From Candidatus Oxydemutatoraceae bacterium (GTDB lineage: Bacteria; Pseudomonadota; Gammaproteobacteria; Poriferisulfidales; Oxydemutatoraceae): 64,000 nt of DNA. The notes under the pieces were generated by a model. The model searched no databases. It was not told the origin of the DNA and saw only the letters and a program-made list of their open reading frames with translations. The translations under genes were made by a program, and so were the position numbers. The DNA lies in contig OZ244779.1 in assembly GCA_965219575.1 (NCBI GenBank), positions 364,769 to 428,768 of the forward strand, given 5' to 3'. Of the stretch, positions 12,136-23,427 are shown one piece after another (the stretch's first letter is position 1; each line of letters opens with the position of its first letter).

Positions 12136-13065
12136 ATGAAAGTGCTTATTTCAAAGAATGGTAACAGGGCAGTGAACGGCATCGTTGCCGTGTCGTTTTT
12201 ATTATTGCTATCCGCGCTAACATCTGTCAATGCATATCAGGTGGGAGAAACTTTTCGTGATTGTGCAACCTGTCCGGAGATGGTCGTGTTACCGGCAGGA
12301 AAGTTCACGATGGGATCGCCCGAAGGGGAAAGAGCAAGATACGATGATGAGGGACCGCAACGTCAGGTTACTATTCGCAAACCTTTTGCGGTGGGTAAAT
12401 ATGAAGTGACCGTAGGGCAATATGCAGAGTTTATCAGAGAGACAAACCACAAAACCGGGACTTGTGATTTGCCGGAAGATAAATTATCTTGGCGTGATCC
12501 AGGGTTTAAGCAAACCAATAATCATCCGGTAGTATGTGTTAATTGGGATGATGCTTCAACCTATGCGCATTGGTTATCGACGAAGACCGGGCATAAATAC
12601 AGATTATTGACCGAGGCGGAGTGGGAATATGCGGCGCGTGCCGGAACCACGACGGCGTACTATTTCGGCAGAATGATTTTGGCAAATCAGGCTCGATATA
12701 ACAGTGAAGGCACTGTAGCGGTAGGGAGTTTTCCTGCAAATGCATTCGGGCTACACGACATGCACGGCAATGTATGGGAATGGGTGGAGGATTGTTGGCA
12801 CGATGATTACACTGCTGCACCGACGGATGGTAGTGCGTGGTTTAGCGGATGCAGGAGAGGCAGCGAGAATGATTGTGCCGGGCGTAGTGGAGATAACTTG
12901 AGGCTATGCGAAGAGTTATTGATCGGAAAGGAATTACGCGTGTTGCGCGGTGGCTCTTGGTTTGATGACCCAGGGGTTCTGCGCTCTGCGTCCCGCTACT
13001 TGATCAGCGCAACCATTCGAATCAGCGACGACGGGATTCGTGTTGCCCGCGACCTTAGCCGATAA
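12136..13065 (+). CDS. SUMF1/formylglycine-generating-enzyme-family (FGE-type C-lectin fold) secreted protein
   Basis: TFRDCATCPEMV, FTMGS, PVVCVNWDDA, RLLTEAEWEYAARAG, NAFGLHDMHGNVWEW, RGGSW. Start placed at ATG 12136 after GGAGG; the longer ORF-track 5' extension is repeat-derived. Confidence 0.9.
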   Translation: MKVLISKNGNRAVNGIVAVSFLLLLSALTSVNAYQVGETFRDCATCPEMVVLPAGKFTMGSPEGERARYDDEGPQRQVTIRKPFAVGKYEVTVGQYAEFIRETNHKTGTCDLPEDKLSWRDPGFKQTNNHPVVCVNWDDASTYAHWLSTKTGHKYRLLTEAEWEYAARAGTTTAYYFGRMILANQARYNSEGTVAVGSFPANAFGLHDMHGNVWEWVEDCWHDDYTAAPTDGSAWFSGCRRGSENDCAGRSGDNLRLCEELLIGKELRVLRGGSWFDDPGVLRSASRYLISATIRISDDGIRVARDLSR

Positions 13066-13104
13066 ATCCTTAAAAGGGGTTGTCAACTAACTTCAGGGCA
13101 AACC

Positions 13105-13338
13105 ATTCCTCTTCTTTGGAGGGGTGGCAGGCGCAGCCTAACGGGGTGGTTGCCGCATGGGGTTGTTGAAAAAATACTGTTTTGCAAAACCGTAAACGCT
13201 TTGCGCCACATAATTTACGATAACCACCGAGCCGTAGGGGCGGACTGGCATGTCCGCCCTAAAGTGTCGTTCTGCACAGCTGTAATCGCTTGCGCCGTGT
13301 GGTTTTGGTTTCCATAAATCGGGTGAAAATTGTGCAGA
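13105..13338. mobile_element. Family-1 modular repeat (hairpin module, one terminus, REP, core)
   Basis: Reverse GGAGGGGTGGCAGGC..GCCT.ACGGGGTGGTTG module, GGGGTTGTTGAAAAA at 13159, GTAGGGGCGGAC REP. Confidence 0.8.
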
Positions 13339-13414
13339 ACCCATAACATATATTACAAAATGTAAAGCCTTTCCATGGGATGGTTGTCAAATATGGAAAC
13401 CATAAAATTAGTGG

Positions 13415-14122
13415 CTAACGATGATCGAAAATTGTGCGGATTTGGGCTTGCATTTGTGCTGCCGCCTCGGCCGGTGATGCGGCTTCGCGTATCGGTCTGC
13501 CGACCACGACATAATCTGCGCCGTTCTCGAATGCTCGGGCTAAATCAACCGTGCGTTTTTGGTCGTCCACATTGGCAACCGGGCGTATGCCGGGGACGAT
13601 GATTAAGTGCTTGGAGCCGAGCACCTCTCTTAATGCCCGAGCTTCCAACCCGGATGCGATAACGCCGTCGCACCCTACGGCAAGCGAGCGTTGCGCACGC
13701 GACAACACCAACTCCCGCACACTGCACTTGAAACCGAGCACGTCTATGTCGCTTTGGTCTAAGCTGGTCAGTGCCGTCACCGAGAGTATCTTCAAATCAC
13801 CTTTCTCGGCGTTTGCCGCTTTCAGCATGTCGTCGTTGCCGTGAACGGTCACAAAACTATCCCCGAAATGTCGCAAGCCTTTAACCGTTGCGGCAACCGT
13901 GCGCGGCACATCGAATAGTTTTAGGTCTAGGAATATCTTTTTGCCTTGCGCCCGCAATTCCTCCGCCAATGCGAAGTATTCTCCGCATGCAAGTAACTCC
14001 AAACCCAGTTTGTAGAAACTCACTGTATCGCCTAAGATTGCAATCAGTTCTCTTGCCTGCTCCGCGGTTGTCACATCGAGGGCAAAAATTAGGCGGTCGG
14101 CAGTGGGGATTTCGTCGTTCAA
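13415..14122 (-). CDS. pyrF: Orotidine-5'-phosphate decarboxylase
   Basis: LIFALD, FLDLKLFDVPRT (DxKxxD), PGIRP, VVGRPI. Confidence 0.96.
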   Translation of the reverse strand: MNDEIPTADRLIFALDVTTAEQARELIAILGDTVSFYKLGLELLACGEYFALAEELRAQGKKIFLDLKLFDVPRTVAATVKGLRHFGDSFVTVHGNDDMLKAANAEKGDLKILSVTALTSLDQSDIDVLGFKCSVRELVLSRAQRSLAVGCDGVIASGLEARALREVLGSKHLIIVPGIRPVANVDDQKRTVDLARAFENGADYVVVGRPIREAASPAEAAAQMQAQIRTIFDHR

Positions 14123-14133
14123 TTGCTTTAGGT

Positions 14134-14628
14134 TCAGCTATCGATAACCTCTATGCGGAGCGGCGCGGGACCTCTGAGTTTAATATGTTGTCCTTCGCGC
14201 AAATCTACCGTTGTGCCGATGATGTCGGCACAAATCGGCATCTCTCTTCCGCCTCTGTCTATCATGATTGCCAAGCTGACGGTTGCGGCGCGTCCGTAAT
14301 CGGCAATTTCGTTCAGCGCAGCGCAGATCGTACGCCCGCTGTGTATCACATCGTCGACCAAAATAATGTGCCGGTCGTCAAGGTTCGTATTGATTGCCGA
14401 AGGTTTAACCTGCGGGAAAGAGCTTATCCTACTAAAGTCGTCTCTATAAAAATTAATATCCAGCAGTCCCATAGGTTCGTTGATTTTCAGTTGCTTGTGG
14501 ATGCGTTCGGCAACCCAAACCCCGCCGCTGCGTATTCCCAAAATAATCGGGTCGTCTAATTGTCGGTGCGCTATCAAATGCCGTAATTGTTCCGACATCT
14601 CTGCTATCAGTTTTTCCGGTTCCTTCAT
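14134..14628 (-). CDS. pyrR: PyrR / uracil phosphoribosyltransferase
   Basis: FYRDDF, ILVDDVIHSGRT PRPP loop, DRGGREMPI. Confidence 0.93.
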   Translation of the reverse strand: MKEPEKLIAEMSEQLRHLIAHRQLDDPIILGIRSGGVWVAERIHKQLKINEPMGLLDINFYRDDFSRISSFPQVKPSAINTNLDDRHIILVDDVIHSGRTICAALNEIADYGRAATVSLAIMIDRGGREMPICADIIGTTVDLREGQHIKLRGPAPLRIEVIDS

Positions 14629-14636
14629 TCTGTCAT

Positions 14637-15104
14637 TTAACGGGTTGTCGTTTGCTGCGCCTCAAACCAGCTTTCCAATATCAAGGCGGCAGCAACTTTG
14701 TCAATGTCCGAGCGTGCTATTCTACCAATTTCTCCTGCCGATCTTTGTTTTTTTAGTCTATGGTATGCTTCTAACGAGCTCAGGTATTCGTTGCCCTTGT
14801 CTACCGGCAGGCTAAAGTGCCGACCTAATCGGTTTATAAATCGGTTCAACTGATTCAGCAGTTCGGGCGGTGAGTCGGAATCGGGATAACCGACTACGAA
14901 GCGGCACGGTTGCCAAATTTGACATATTTTGTCTATCGCTTGCCAGTCGGCTTGACCCGCCTTGCACGCAATAGTCTGCAAGGGTTGCGCGGTTGCCGTT
15001 TTGATATTGCCTACCGCACTACCGATATACTTCAGCCCGTAATCAAAAGCAATCACATGTTCCGACGATACCGCTGCATCCCGTTTTGTCTGTTTATCGT
15101 CCAT
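14637..15104 (-). CDS. ruvX: Holliday junction resolvase-like RuvX/YqgF
   Basis: AFDYGLKYIGSAVG, VVGYP, E..SS.EA, IDKVAAALILESW. Confidence 0.92.
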   Translation of the reverse strand: MDDKQTKRDAAVSSEHVIAFDYGLKYIGSAVGNIKTATAQPLQTIACKAGQADWQAIDKICQIWQPCRFVVGYPDSDSPPELLNQLNRFINRLGRHFSLPVDKGNEYLSSLEAYHRLKKQRSAGEIGRIARSDIDKVAAALILESWFEAQQTTTR

Positions 15105-16078
15105 TAAACTTGGGACACTAGACGTTTTTCAATCGCATCGATGACATCGCTGCCGATGTCCAATGCGTATGCTTGGTTGATTTCCCTAACACAGGTAGGG
15201 CTTGTGATGTTGATCTCGGTTAAATAACCGGCAACCAAATCGATACCCACAAACAATAAGTCCAATTCTCGCAGGCGCGGGGTGATGCGCTCGCAAACCG
15301 CATAGTCGTGGTCGTTCAATGCCACAGCAACACCCTTGCCTCCGGCAGCCAAATTAGCTCTGAACTCGCCTTGTTGAGGCAGCCGGTTGAGGCCGTACGG
15401 CACCGGCGTGCCGTCTATCAATAGTACACGCTTATCGCCCTCGCTATAATTCGGGATCAACCCTTGGATTAGGAGGGTTTTTTGTCCATCGCAAAGCATC
15501 GTTTTGAGCAACTCGGACACACCGTCGTCGTTTCGGTTGACTCTGCATACCGAAGCCCCGCCCATTTCGTTCAGCGGTTTGACGACCGCTTGAGGATGCA
15601 ACTCTAAAAAGTTTAGTAAATCGTCCAATGAATTGCCGACTAAGGTCGGCGGTCCTAAATCGGAGAATTCCTGAGCGAGTATTTTCTCGTTGACCGACAG
15701 CAGACTACGCGGCGGGTTATACACCAATGTGCCGGCACGCTCGGCAAACATCAATATGTGGCAGGTATATAGAAACTCGGTGTCCACCGGCGGGTCGGAG
15801 CGCATTAATATCACATCCAGTTCGGATAAATCGATGTCTTTGGATGCCGACACTTCAAACCAGTGCCTCTGGTCTAGAGAGACCTTTAGACCTCGCGCAT
15901 GCCCCCTTGCCCGACCTTGATACAAATGCAGGTCTTCGGATTCAAAATAATAGAGTTGCCAACCTTTTCTTTGCGCAGCCTCCAGCAAGCATAGGGTGGT
16001 GTCTTTGAGCGGATTTATCTCGGCAATCGGGTTCATTACGACCCCTAGAGAAACCGACCGATCGTTTGAGTGATTCAT
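15104..16078 (-). CDS. gshB: Glutathione synthetase
   Basis: MRSDPP, NEK, GDKRVLLIDG, RANLAAGG, LTEINITSPT; start chosen at ATG 16078. Confidence 0.95.
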   Translation of the reverse strand: MNHSNDRSVSLGVVMNPIAEINPLKDTTLCLLEAAQRKGWQLYYFESEDLHLYQGRARGHARGLKVSLDQRHWFEVSASKDIDLSELDVILMRSDPPVDTEFLYTCHILMFAERAGTLVYNPPRSLLSVNEKILAQEFSDLGPPTLVGNSLDDLLNFLELHPQAVVKPLNEMGGASVCRVNRNDDGVSELLKTMLCDGQKTLLIQGLIPNYSEGDKRVLLIDGTPVPYGLNRLPQQGEFRANLAAGGKGVAVALNDHDYAVCERITPRLRELDLLFVGIDLVAGYLTEINITSPTCVREINQAYALDIGSDVIDAIEKRLVSQV

Positions 16079-16244
16079 AAAGAAAATAAGGCAAATGTCA
16101 TGCGTGCTTTGAAATTCCAATCATATAACATCATATGCTCAACTACAAGCGATATAATGTCGGACACACATAGTACAATGACATATTTCTAAACAATATC
16201 GGGAGAAACTGCTACACCAAGCATGCGCAAGTACAAGGAGAACA

Positions 16245-16880
16245 ATGTATAGGGTTGATAGAAACAACTTTTATCGGCAACCGAAAAAGGCAACAATATA
16301 CACGCCTGCCGGTGTGAGTCAATTCATTTATGATATCGTCTCGGACAAAATAGATACAACGAAGCCGGTATTAGATCCGTGTGTGGGCAGTGGTTCACTG
16401 CTGAAACCTTTCCAACAAAACGGATTTGAGGTGATCGGTATTGATATTGAATATCAGGGTTTCCCGAAGACAGAAGTAAGAAACTACTTGAATATTCAAA
16501 AAGGCGAGATCGAAACGCCCGGTTTAGTAATAATGAATCCGCCTTTTAATATAGACAAAAAAACCAAGCAATATATAACGGCGCATTATGGTGGGCGACC
16601 CCTACTCCCCGAAGTGTGGCTACAAAAAGCCATAGAATTGTTCGGAAAAGATATACCGATTGTATTATTCACACCCTACGGATTGCGGCTTAATCAAATG
16701 GTGACAAGTCGCCGTTGGCAGAAGTTTGTATGCGGCGAATACCCGGAAATTAAATCTATCATCAGCCTACCGAAAGATATTTTTGATAGTATCCTATTTC
16801 ATAGCGAAATCCTAATATTCAACATCGAAGGATTGAAAGGACACTATTTTTATCACGACGGCAAGCCCCTGAAACATTAA
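16245..16880 (+). CDS. Small orphan N6-adenine DNA methyltransferase
   Basis: YTP, LDPCVGSG (motif I), GIDI and MNPPF (motif IV) in gamma order. Confidence 0.8.
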   Translation: MYRVDRNNFYRQPKKATIYTPAGVSQFIYDIVSDKIDTTKPVLDPCVGSGSLLKPFQQNGFEVIGIDIEYQGFPKTEVRNYLNIQKGEIETPGLVIMNPPFNIDKKTKQYITAHYGGRPLLPEVWLQKAIELFGKDIPIVLFTPYGLRLNQMVTSRRWQKFVCGEYPEIKSIISLPKDIFDSILFHSEILIFNIEGLKGHYFYHDGKPLKH

Positions 16881-17059
16881 AAAGGGTGTATAGTGTTTTG
16901 AGATTGTAAAGTAAGATAGTTTTTATTTTTGAGTGAACATGATGTCTGACATAGCCTTGATGTATCCCATGAATAATCATACTACTATTTGGATGGCCTG
17001 TATTGGTTTGGCAATCGCTAGAGCAGTTAAGTATTTGTTTAGCACTAAATTTAGGGAGA

Positions 17060-20000
17060 ATGGAAATGCCTGATGGAATAAATCCCGATGAAGTAAATAG
17101 GGTTGTCTACCTTATTCAATATCTGCAAAGGCTGGCAACTCTTCGCACGAGGCCGGTCCGGGATGTCCGCACATACGAAAGGAAAGGGAAAGTGCTTTGG
17201 TTATCGGACTGTCCGCATGAGCAGGGAGTCTTCACACAGGCATGGGGAAACGATGAGGCACACAGTCAAGACAAATGGCTGGAAGTGCAAAACCAATCGA
17301 AACCGGAATTGCCTGCCGTTCCGGATGAATGTGAGGACTGGGTGAACCCTGAAGCCCTTCTGGACAATAATAATCTACCGGAACAACCGGAATTGCCTAC
17401 CGTTCCGGTTCAATGTAAGAAATGGGTAAATCTTGAAGCTCTCTGGGACACAAATGAGCCGCCTAAACTTCAGACAAAGATTACCCGGCAAATCCCGAAT
17501 CCCGACTGGCACGAGGATTCAGATCAGCCGGAAACTATCCCGAAAACCGAACATCTTAAGGATTATCCCAAAGTTGAGCAGGAATGGGATCGCTATATCC
17601 AAGACGAATGGTTGCCATGGACGGAAGAATATAATGAGTGGAAGATAGACTACATGCCTAAACTTTTGCCGGAAATTACTCGACAAATCCCAAATCCTGA
17701 TTGGCACGAGGATTCAGATCAGCCGGAAACTATCCCGAAAACCGAACATCTTAACGACTATCCCGAAGTTGAGCAGGAATGGGATCGCTATATCCAAGAC
17801 GAATGGTTGCCGTGGACAACACAACATAATGCATGGAAGAAAGTCCACGAGGTTTATTCCAAGCTCTTTGCTATCCGTCAGATACAACTTCGGTCTGATG
17901 AAGAATACGAACTTGTGCTTGGCGTGGGCCTGCTGACCTGGCAAACACCTAATAATCAGCACGTCCGTCGTCATCTGGTTGTTGCCGATGCCTTCTTGGA
18001 GTTTGAAGCCCACTTAGGAAAATTTACCGTCCGCCCTTCCACATCAGGTGCTAGACTACGTCTTGAACTAGATATGTTGGAGGAACAACCGGCACTAGCG
18101 GAGGGAGAAGCAAGAGGATTACTGGAACAAGCCGAAGACAATCCATGGAAAGGAGACCATGTTGAAGCCGCACTTCAAGCTCTGAGAAATACAATTCACC
18201 CGCAAGGCGAAGTGGAATATACTCCTGCCCTGATCCTGCGCCAGCGTCATGTCATAGGCCTTACCGAGACCTTAAGCCGAATCGGAGAGCAAATTGAGAA
18301 CAACGGAGTCATTCCTAGCGAATTCGCAAGACTTGCAGAAATCCAACCACAGAATGAACCTGATCTAGGCAATGAGCAGGGAGAGGCAAACGCTGCTTTC
18401 GATAACGCTAATTTTGATAGTGAGGTTTTCTTCCCCTTGCCATCAAATGATGAACAGCGTCGCATAGTGGGCAAAATATGAGAGTCAAACGGCGTGCTTG
18501 TAAAGGGTCCCCCCGGCACCGGGAAATCCCATACTATTGCTAACTTGATCTGCCATCTGCTTGCTAAGGGAGAGCGAATACTCATCACTGCCAAAAAACC
18601 ACGAGCACTTCAGGTGCTTCAAGGGCTTCTGCCCGAAGAGTTACGGCCTCTCTGCATTAGTCTGCTGGGCAACGGACCTGAAGAACGCCGCGCGCTCGAG
18701 GCAAGCGTCAATGGTATTCTTAATCAGAGGGAAAATTGGGAAAGCGATCTTGCTGAGCAACAGCTTAACGACAGAGAACATAACTTGCGCACTCTTAAGG
18801 ATAAGAAAGCCGAAATCGACCTGCGGATCCGTGCCATCCGGGAGTCCGAAACGCATCCACATACTATTGCGGAAGGTGCCTATCGAGGAACGGCGGCGAG
18901 AATTGCTCAAGCGGTGAACCGGGATCGTGCCAAATACAATTGGTTCAAAGATGATGTTCGCTGGGACGAGAATTGGCCACGTTGGATTTCCACCAACCAT
19001 TTACAAAGCGTACTTGCGGCGTTGCGCCGATTCACGCTGGAGATGCGAGAAGAACTGAGGCTTGCATGGCTCCAAACTTTGCCATCTGCTGAGTACTTTG
19101 CCAATCTTGTGCAGAATGAGAGAAGCGCAATCCAAGAAGAGCAAAGTGTGGCGGATGGAGCCGATGAACAACTTGCCGATCTGTTGGGAACAGACGACCC
19201 TCCGGTCGTTAAGGCGATTCGCAACGCTTTCTCATCTCTGCGGGACGCTCGTAAAAGACTTTCCGCGTCACCGTTTTCGTGGATGAATAATGCTGTGCAT
19301 GATGTTCTGGGTGGCAACTTGCGTCTGTGGCATGAAATCCTGCGTGTCACAGGCGATGTCGTTAACTCAGTTGAAAACCTCGTTGCGACTGCCGACGAGA
19401 CCACTATTGAATTCCCTGATACCCGCAACATTATATTGTTGCGCGACGATGCCCGAACACTGAAAGAGCATATAGAAAATGGTGGGAAGCTGGGCTGGGG
19501 ACCATTTCGGCCCAAACCGGTGAGAGATCGGCTGTACGTCATCAAGGATGTAAAGATTAATGGACACCCATGCTCTACGGTTGAGCATTTCACAAGCCTT
19601 GCCTATGCGCTATATGTTCGTATTGAATGTGAAAAAGCATGGGACTCCTGGGAAGGGCAAATTGAAGGGGTTGAAAAGAAGTATGCTTTTCAGTTGGTTA
19701 AACTGAAAGACTTGCGTGATGCACTTGAAGATGCCTTGGCATTAGAAGAGCGCATTGCCGAGTGTAGTGAAGCGATAAACCAATGTGCCGGCATAGTCGA
19801 ACCTACATGGGCGGACAAAGACCAAATTGAAAAGATCATCTCCTCGTGCCGCCTGGCTTTAGCTCGTAATAACAAGCAGCGTGCCAGTGAGGAGATTAAT
19901 CGCATTGAGAATTCCATTGCTCAGGTAGTCTCCGAAGAAGGTGTTTATCAGGTGACAAACAATTTGCTGAATGCCATTCGCAGCCGCAACACGGACGAGT

Positions 20001-22156
20001 TTACTCGGTGCGCGAACATGATTCAGGATTTTCAGAAGATAGACGAATCCCTCTCACAACTACGAGATGTACTTCCTCAGTTCACAACATCTATGGAGCA
20101 AACCTGGAACGAGGCTCATTGGGAGGAGCGAATCGAACACATTGGTGATGCCTGGCACTGGAGACAGGCGCGACACTGGATAGAAGATTACATTTACAAG
20201 GGAGATGTCCCTGCACTCAACACGCGTGCCAAACAAATTGAGGATGATATAAAAAACACCATTGCCGAGCTTGCCTCCCTTAACGCTTGGTCACACTGTT
20301 TCTCTCTCCCTGACCCTCGGCTTCAAGAGCATCATTGTCAGCACATGGTAGCCTGGCAGCAAGCCATGGGGCTGTTCGGGGCAGGGCAAGGAATACATGC
20401 AGCCCACCATCTTCACGTGGCTCAAAGGCATCTGAATCAATGTCGTGAGGCAGTTCCGGCGTGGGTGATGCCACTGCATCGCGTTTGGGACACGGTGACA
20501 CCCGCTCCCGAAATATTTGATGTGGTTATTGTTGACGAGGCTTCGCAATGTGGCATTGAAGCACTTCCTTTGTTCTATCTTGCCAAAAAGATAGTGATTG
20601 TCGGTGACGACAAGCAGATCAGCCCGGATACCGTTGGCCTAGACCAGGGCGAGGTACATCATCTTATGGCAGAGTTCCTTCATGATGTCGAATTTGGGGA
20701 CATGTTCCATATTAGGACTAGCCTGTTCGATCACGGGAGACGCCTGTATGCAGGTCGTCAAATTACATTGCGTGAGCACTTCCGTTGTATGCCGGAGATT
20801 ATCCGTTTCAGCAACGAACTTTGCTATGCGGATACATGGTTGATTCCGTTGAGGCAATATGGTTCGGACCGGCTACCGCCACTTGAGCATGTTTTTGTAG
20901 GCAACGGGTATGCTGAGGAGATACACGTACAGAAGATTAACCGACCGGAAGCCGAGAGAGTCGTCGAAAAAATCGCTGAAATATGTGACAACGAGCAGTA
21001 CGATGGCAAGACGATGGGTGTGATAGTACTTCAAGGAATAGAGCAAGCGAAGTTGATCGAGAGGCAATTACTTGAACATCTGGGAGCCGAGGTAATGGAA
21101 GAGCGACGCTTAGTCTGTGGCAATCCGTCCAGTTTCCAGGGTGATGAGAGAGATATCATGTTCCTGTCGCTTGTCGTAGCAAATAACCTAAATTTCAATG
21201 CACTCAGATCGGATACATATATAAGGCGATTCAATGTCGCTGCCAGCCGTGCTCGCGACCAGATGATTCTTTTCCACTCGGTCACCTGTGACAATCTCCT
21301 AGACCCAGACGACCTTCGGAGGAAGTTGCTTGATTTCTTCCAAAATACACAACCACAGCAGATTGCTGGTATCCCTTTGAACGAGCTGGAGCAGCTGGCG
21401 GCACAAGGTAATCAAGTGCATGGAGAGCAGCCCTCACCCTTTGAGAGCTGGTTTGAGGTTGATGTTGCCCTAGAGCTCCTTCACGCAAATTTCAGGGTAT
21501 TACCCCAGTACGAAGTCGCGGGCTACCGAATCGATCTGGTAGTCGATGGCGGACAGGCGCGACTGGCTGTTGAATGTGATGGCGATCGTTGGCACGGACC
21601 AGACCGTTACGATGCCGATATGCGACGCCAACGTCAGTTGGAGCGATGCGGTTGGGAATTCTTCCGGGTTAGAGCGTCGACATTCTACTTCAACAAAAAG
21701 AACGCGCTTGCCGGACTTTGGCCGGCACTGAAAGCCCGAGGCATTTTTCCAGGGTAGCGGGGTGGTACCGAGCCTCATGAAAACGACTCGGATAGAGACG
21801 GTTTGAATGATCGCAAAGATGCTACCGAAAATAAGAATGAAGATTGCTCATCCGTCGACTCGGAAAATGAAGGCAGTCAATCAGGTCACCCATTAGAGAC
21901 AATTCCGGCAATAGAAATTCAAAATGCTATCATTTCTGCCTTATTAAAGTGCCCTAATCGGTCGTGTACGTTGCAATCCGTGACCTCACGCGTCCTTAGA
22001 GAAATGACTGTGCGAACTCGTGGAGGACCTCGAGCAAAATTCGAAAAGAGAGTGATGCAGAGCGTTGATTATCTTGAAGAATGCGGCCGCATCGAAAAAT
22101 ATACATCAAAGAATCAAAGGATCAAGCTCATAAATTCAATGACACCAAGCGGCTAA
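17060..22156 (+). pseudogene. SF1 (DNA2/NAM7-like) helicase plus DUF559/Vsr-like nuclease, interrupted by in-frame TGA (18479-81) and TAG (21755-57)
   Basis: ORFs 17003-18481, 18494-21757 and 21803-22156 share one frame and read through continuously: PSNDEQRRIVGKI*ESNGVLVKGPPGTGKS; DEASQ, GDDKQ, LREHFR, FQGDERD, NVAASRAR; ESWFE..YRIDL..LAVECDG. Confidence 0.8.
17461..17817 (+). repeat. Intragenic direct repeat (~160 bp, 195-bp period)
   Basis: ITRQIPNPDWHEDSDQPETIPKTEHLxDYPxVEQEWDRYIQDEWLPWT occurs twice with nearly identical DNA. Confidence 0.9.
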
Positions 22157-22354
22157 GGTTATGCAAAATATCACGCCACTTGTTTTTGATATACGAGAGG
22201 CTTACACAGGTATGTACCTGTACTCGCAAATATATCTTTTATAGTACAATCGGGCGTACGAGTACAGAGGAAAGTTTTCATGTCAAGTCATGATCGGCAA
22301 AGTTTAACGGTGGGATTATAATAGTAATTTACAGACAACAAAGGGAGATTAAAG

Positions 22355-22591
22355 TTGTTAGGAATAGCACTTTACAACGCATTAACAAAGCTAGGATTAA
22401 ACCATGAAGAAGCAAAGGAAGCAGTTGCAGATGTTGCGAGTACAAAGGATGTGGCAACTAAGACGGATATAGTGCGAATGGAAGGGGTTTTCAACGCGAG
22501 ATTAGCAAAGGTAGAAATCGAACTGAAAAATTTGCGATGGTTGATAGTGATAGTGGTAGGTATTGCCGTTGGAATAATCAAATATCTATAA
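22355..22591 (+). CDS. DUF1640/CCDC90-like coiled-coil membrane-anchored small protein, copy 1 (TTG start)
   Basis: Helical head, ATKxD neck, coiled coil, C-terminal TM helix; GGGAG RBS. Confidence 0.7.
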   Translation: MLGIALYNALTKLGLNHEEAKEAVADVASTKDVATKTDIVRMEGVFNARLAKVEIELKNLRWLIVIVVGIAVGIIKYL

Positions 22592-22674
22592 GGAAGTGGC
22601 AACGAAGTTGGATCTAGCAAAGTTTATCGGTGGGATTATAATAGTAATTTACAGACAACAAAGGGAGATTAAAT

Positions 22675-22914
22675 ATGTCAGAAATAGCACTTTATAACGC
22701 ATTTACGAAGTTAGGGCTAAGCCATGACGAAGCAAAGGAAGCAGTTGCGGATGTTGCGAGTACAAAGGATGTGGCAACGAAGGCAGACCTAAAAGAAGGG
22801 TTAGCAGAACTAAAGGCAGACAACAAAGCAATAAAATGGTTGTTAGGTTTATTAGTAGCGATAAATGTTGCTTTTATTGTGTCTGCTGTTAGTTTGCTGG
22901 TTAGGTTTTTATGA
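22675..22914 (+). CDS. DUF1640/CCDC90-like protein, copy 2
   Basis: MSEIALY..EAKEAVADVAS..ATKADL..KW plus TM helix; 320-bp tandem period with copy 1. Confidence 0.78.
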   Translation: MSEIALYNAFTKLGLSHDEAKEAVADVASTKDVATKADLKEGLAELKADNKAIKWLLGLLVAINVAFIVSAVSLLVRFL

Positions 22915-23070
22915 GTAGGATTGCCGGCAAAGAAAACCAAAAAATAAACTAATTAGCAATAATAAAAAACCTGTTTGTAAAAAGCGGGAGGCTGTAGCAG
23001 GGAAACCGACTTTGCAGGTGGTCCTGAATGGGGTAACGTCAGTACTAGTGCTATACTGGTGCAACTTTTG

Positions 23071-23422
23071 GGGACTGTTGAAAAAGTGTGGACATTGCAC
23101 AAATCCAACCGCTGTGCGCCGTGAATATTCGCAAACCACCGTAGGGGCGGACTGGCATGTCCGCCCGTAACGCGTTGGCCGGCATGATTTATACATTCAT
23201 TCATCCAATTTATGGAAACCAAACCAAATGGCGCAAGCGGTTGAGTTTGTACAGAACGGCACTTAAGGGCAGACATGTAAGTCTGCCCCTACAACTCAGT
23301 GGTTATCGTAAATTTAATGGCGCAAGCGGTTACGGTTGCACGCTGACGATACTTTTTCAGCAGCCCCACTTTTGCAACCACCCCGTCAGGCGAAGCCTGT
23401 CACCCCTCCGAAGGAGGGGAAT
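23071..23422. mobile_element. Family-1 element (TIR-bounded 23071-23367, flanked by ACTTTTG direct repeats) plus hairpin module
   Basis: GGGACTGTTGAAAAAGT...ACTTTTTCAGCAGCCCC; ACTTTTG at 23064-70 and 23368-74. Confidence 0.85.
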
Positions 23423-23427
23423 GTTAG

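Noticed and set aside
18479-18481. Selenocysteine or an alternative genetic code at the in-frame TGA
   Set aside because: It is not a Cys-equivalent catalytic position, other genes use TGA and TAG as normal stops, and no SECIS-like hairpin was recognised.
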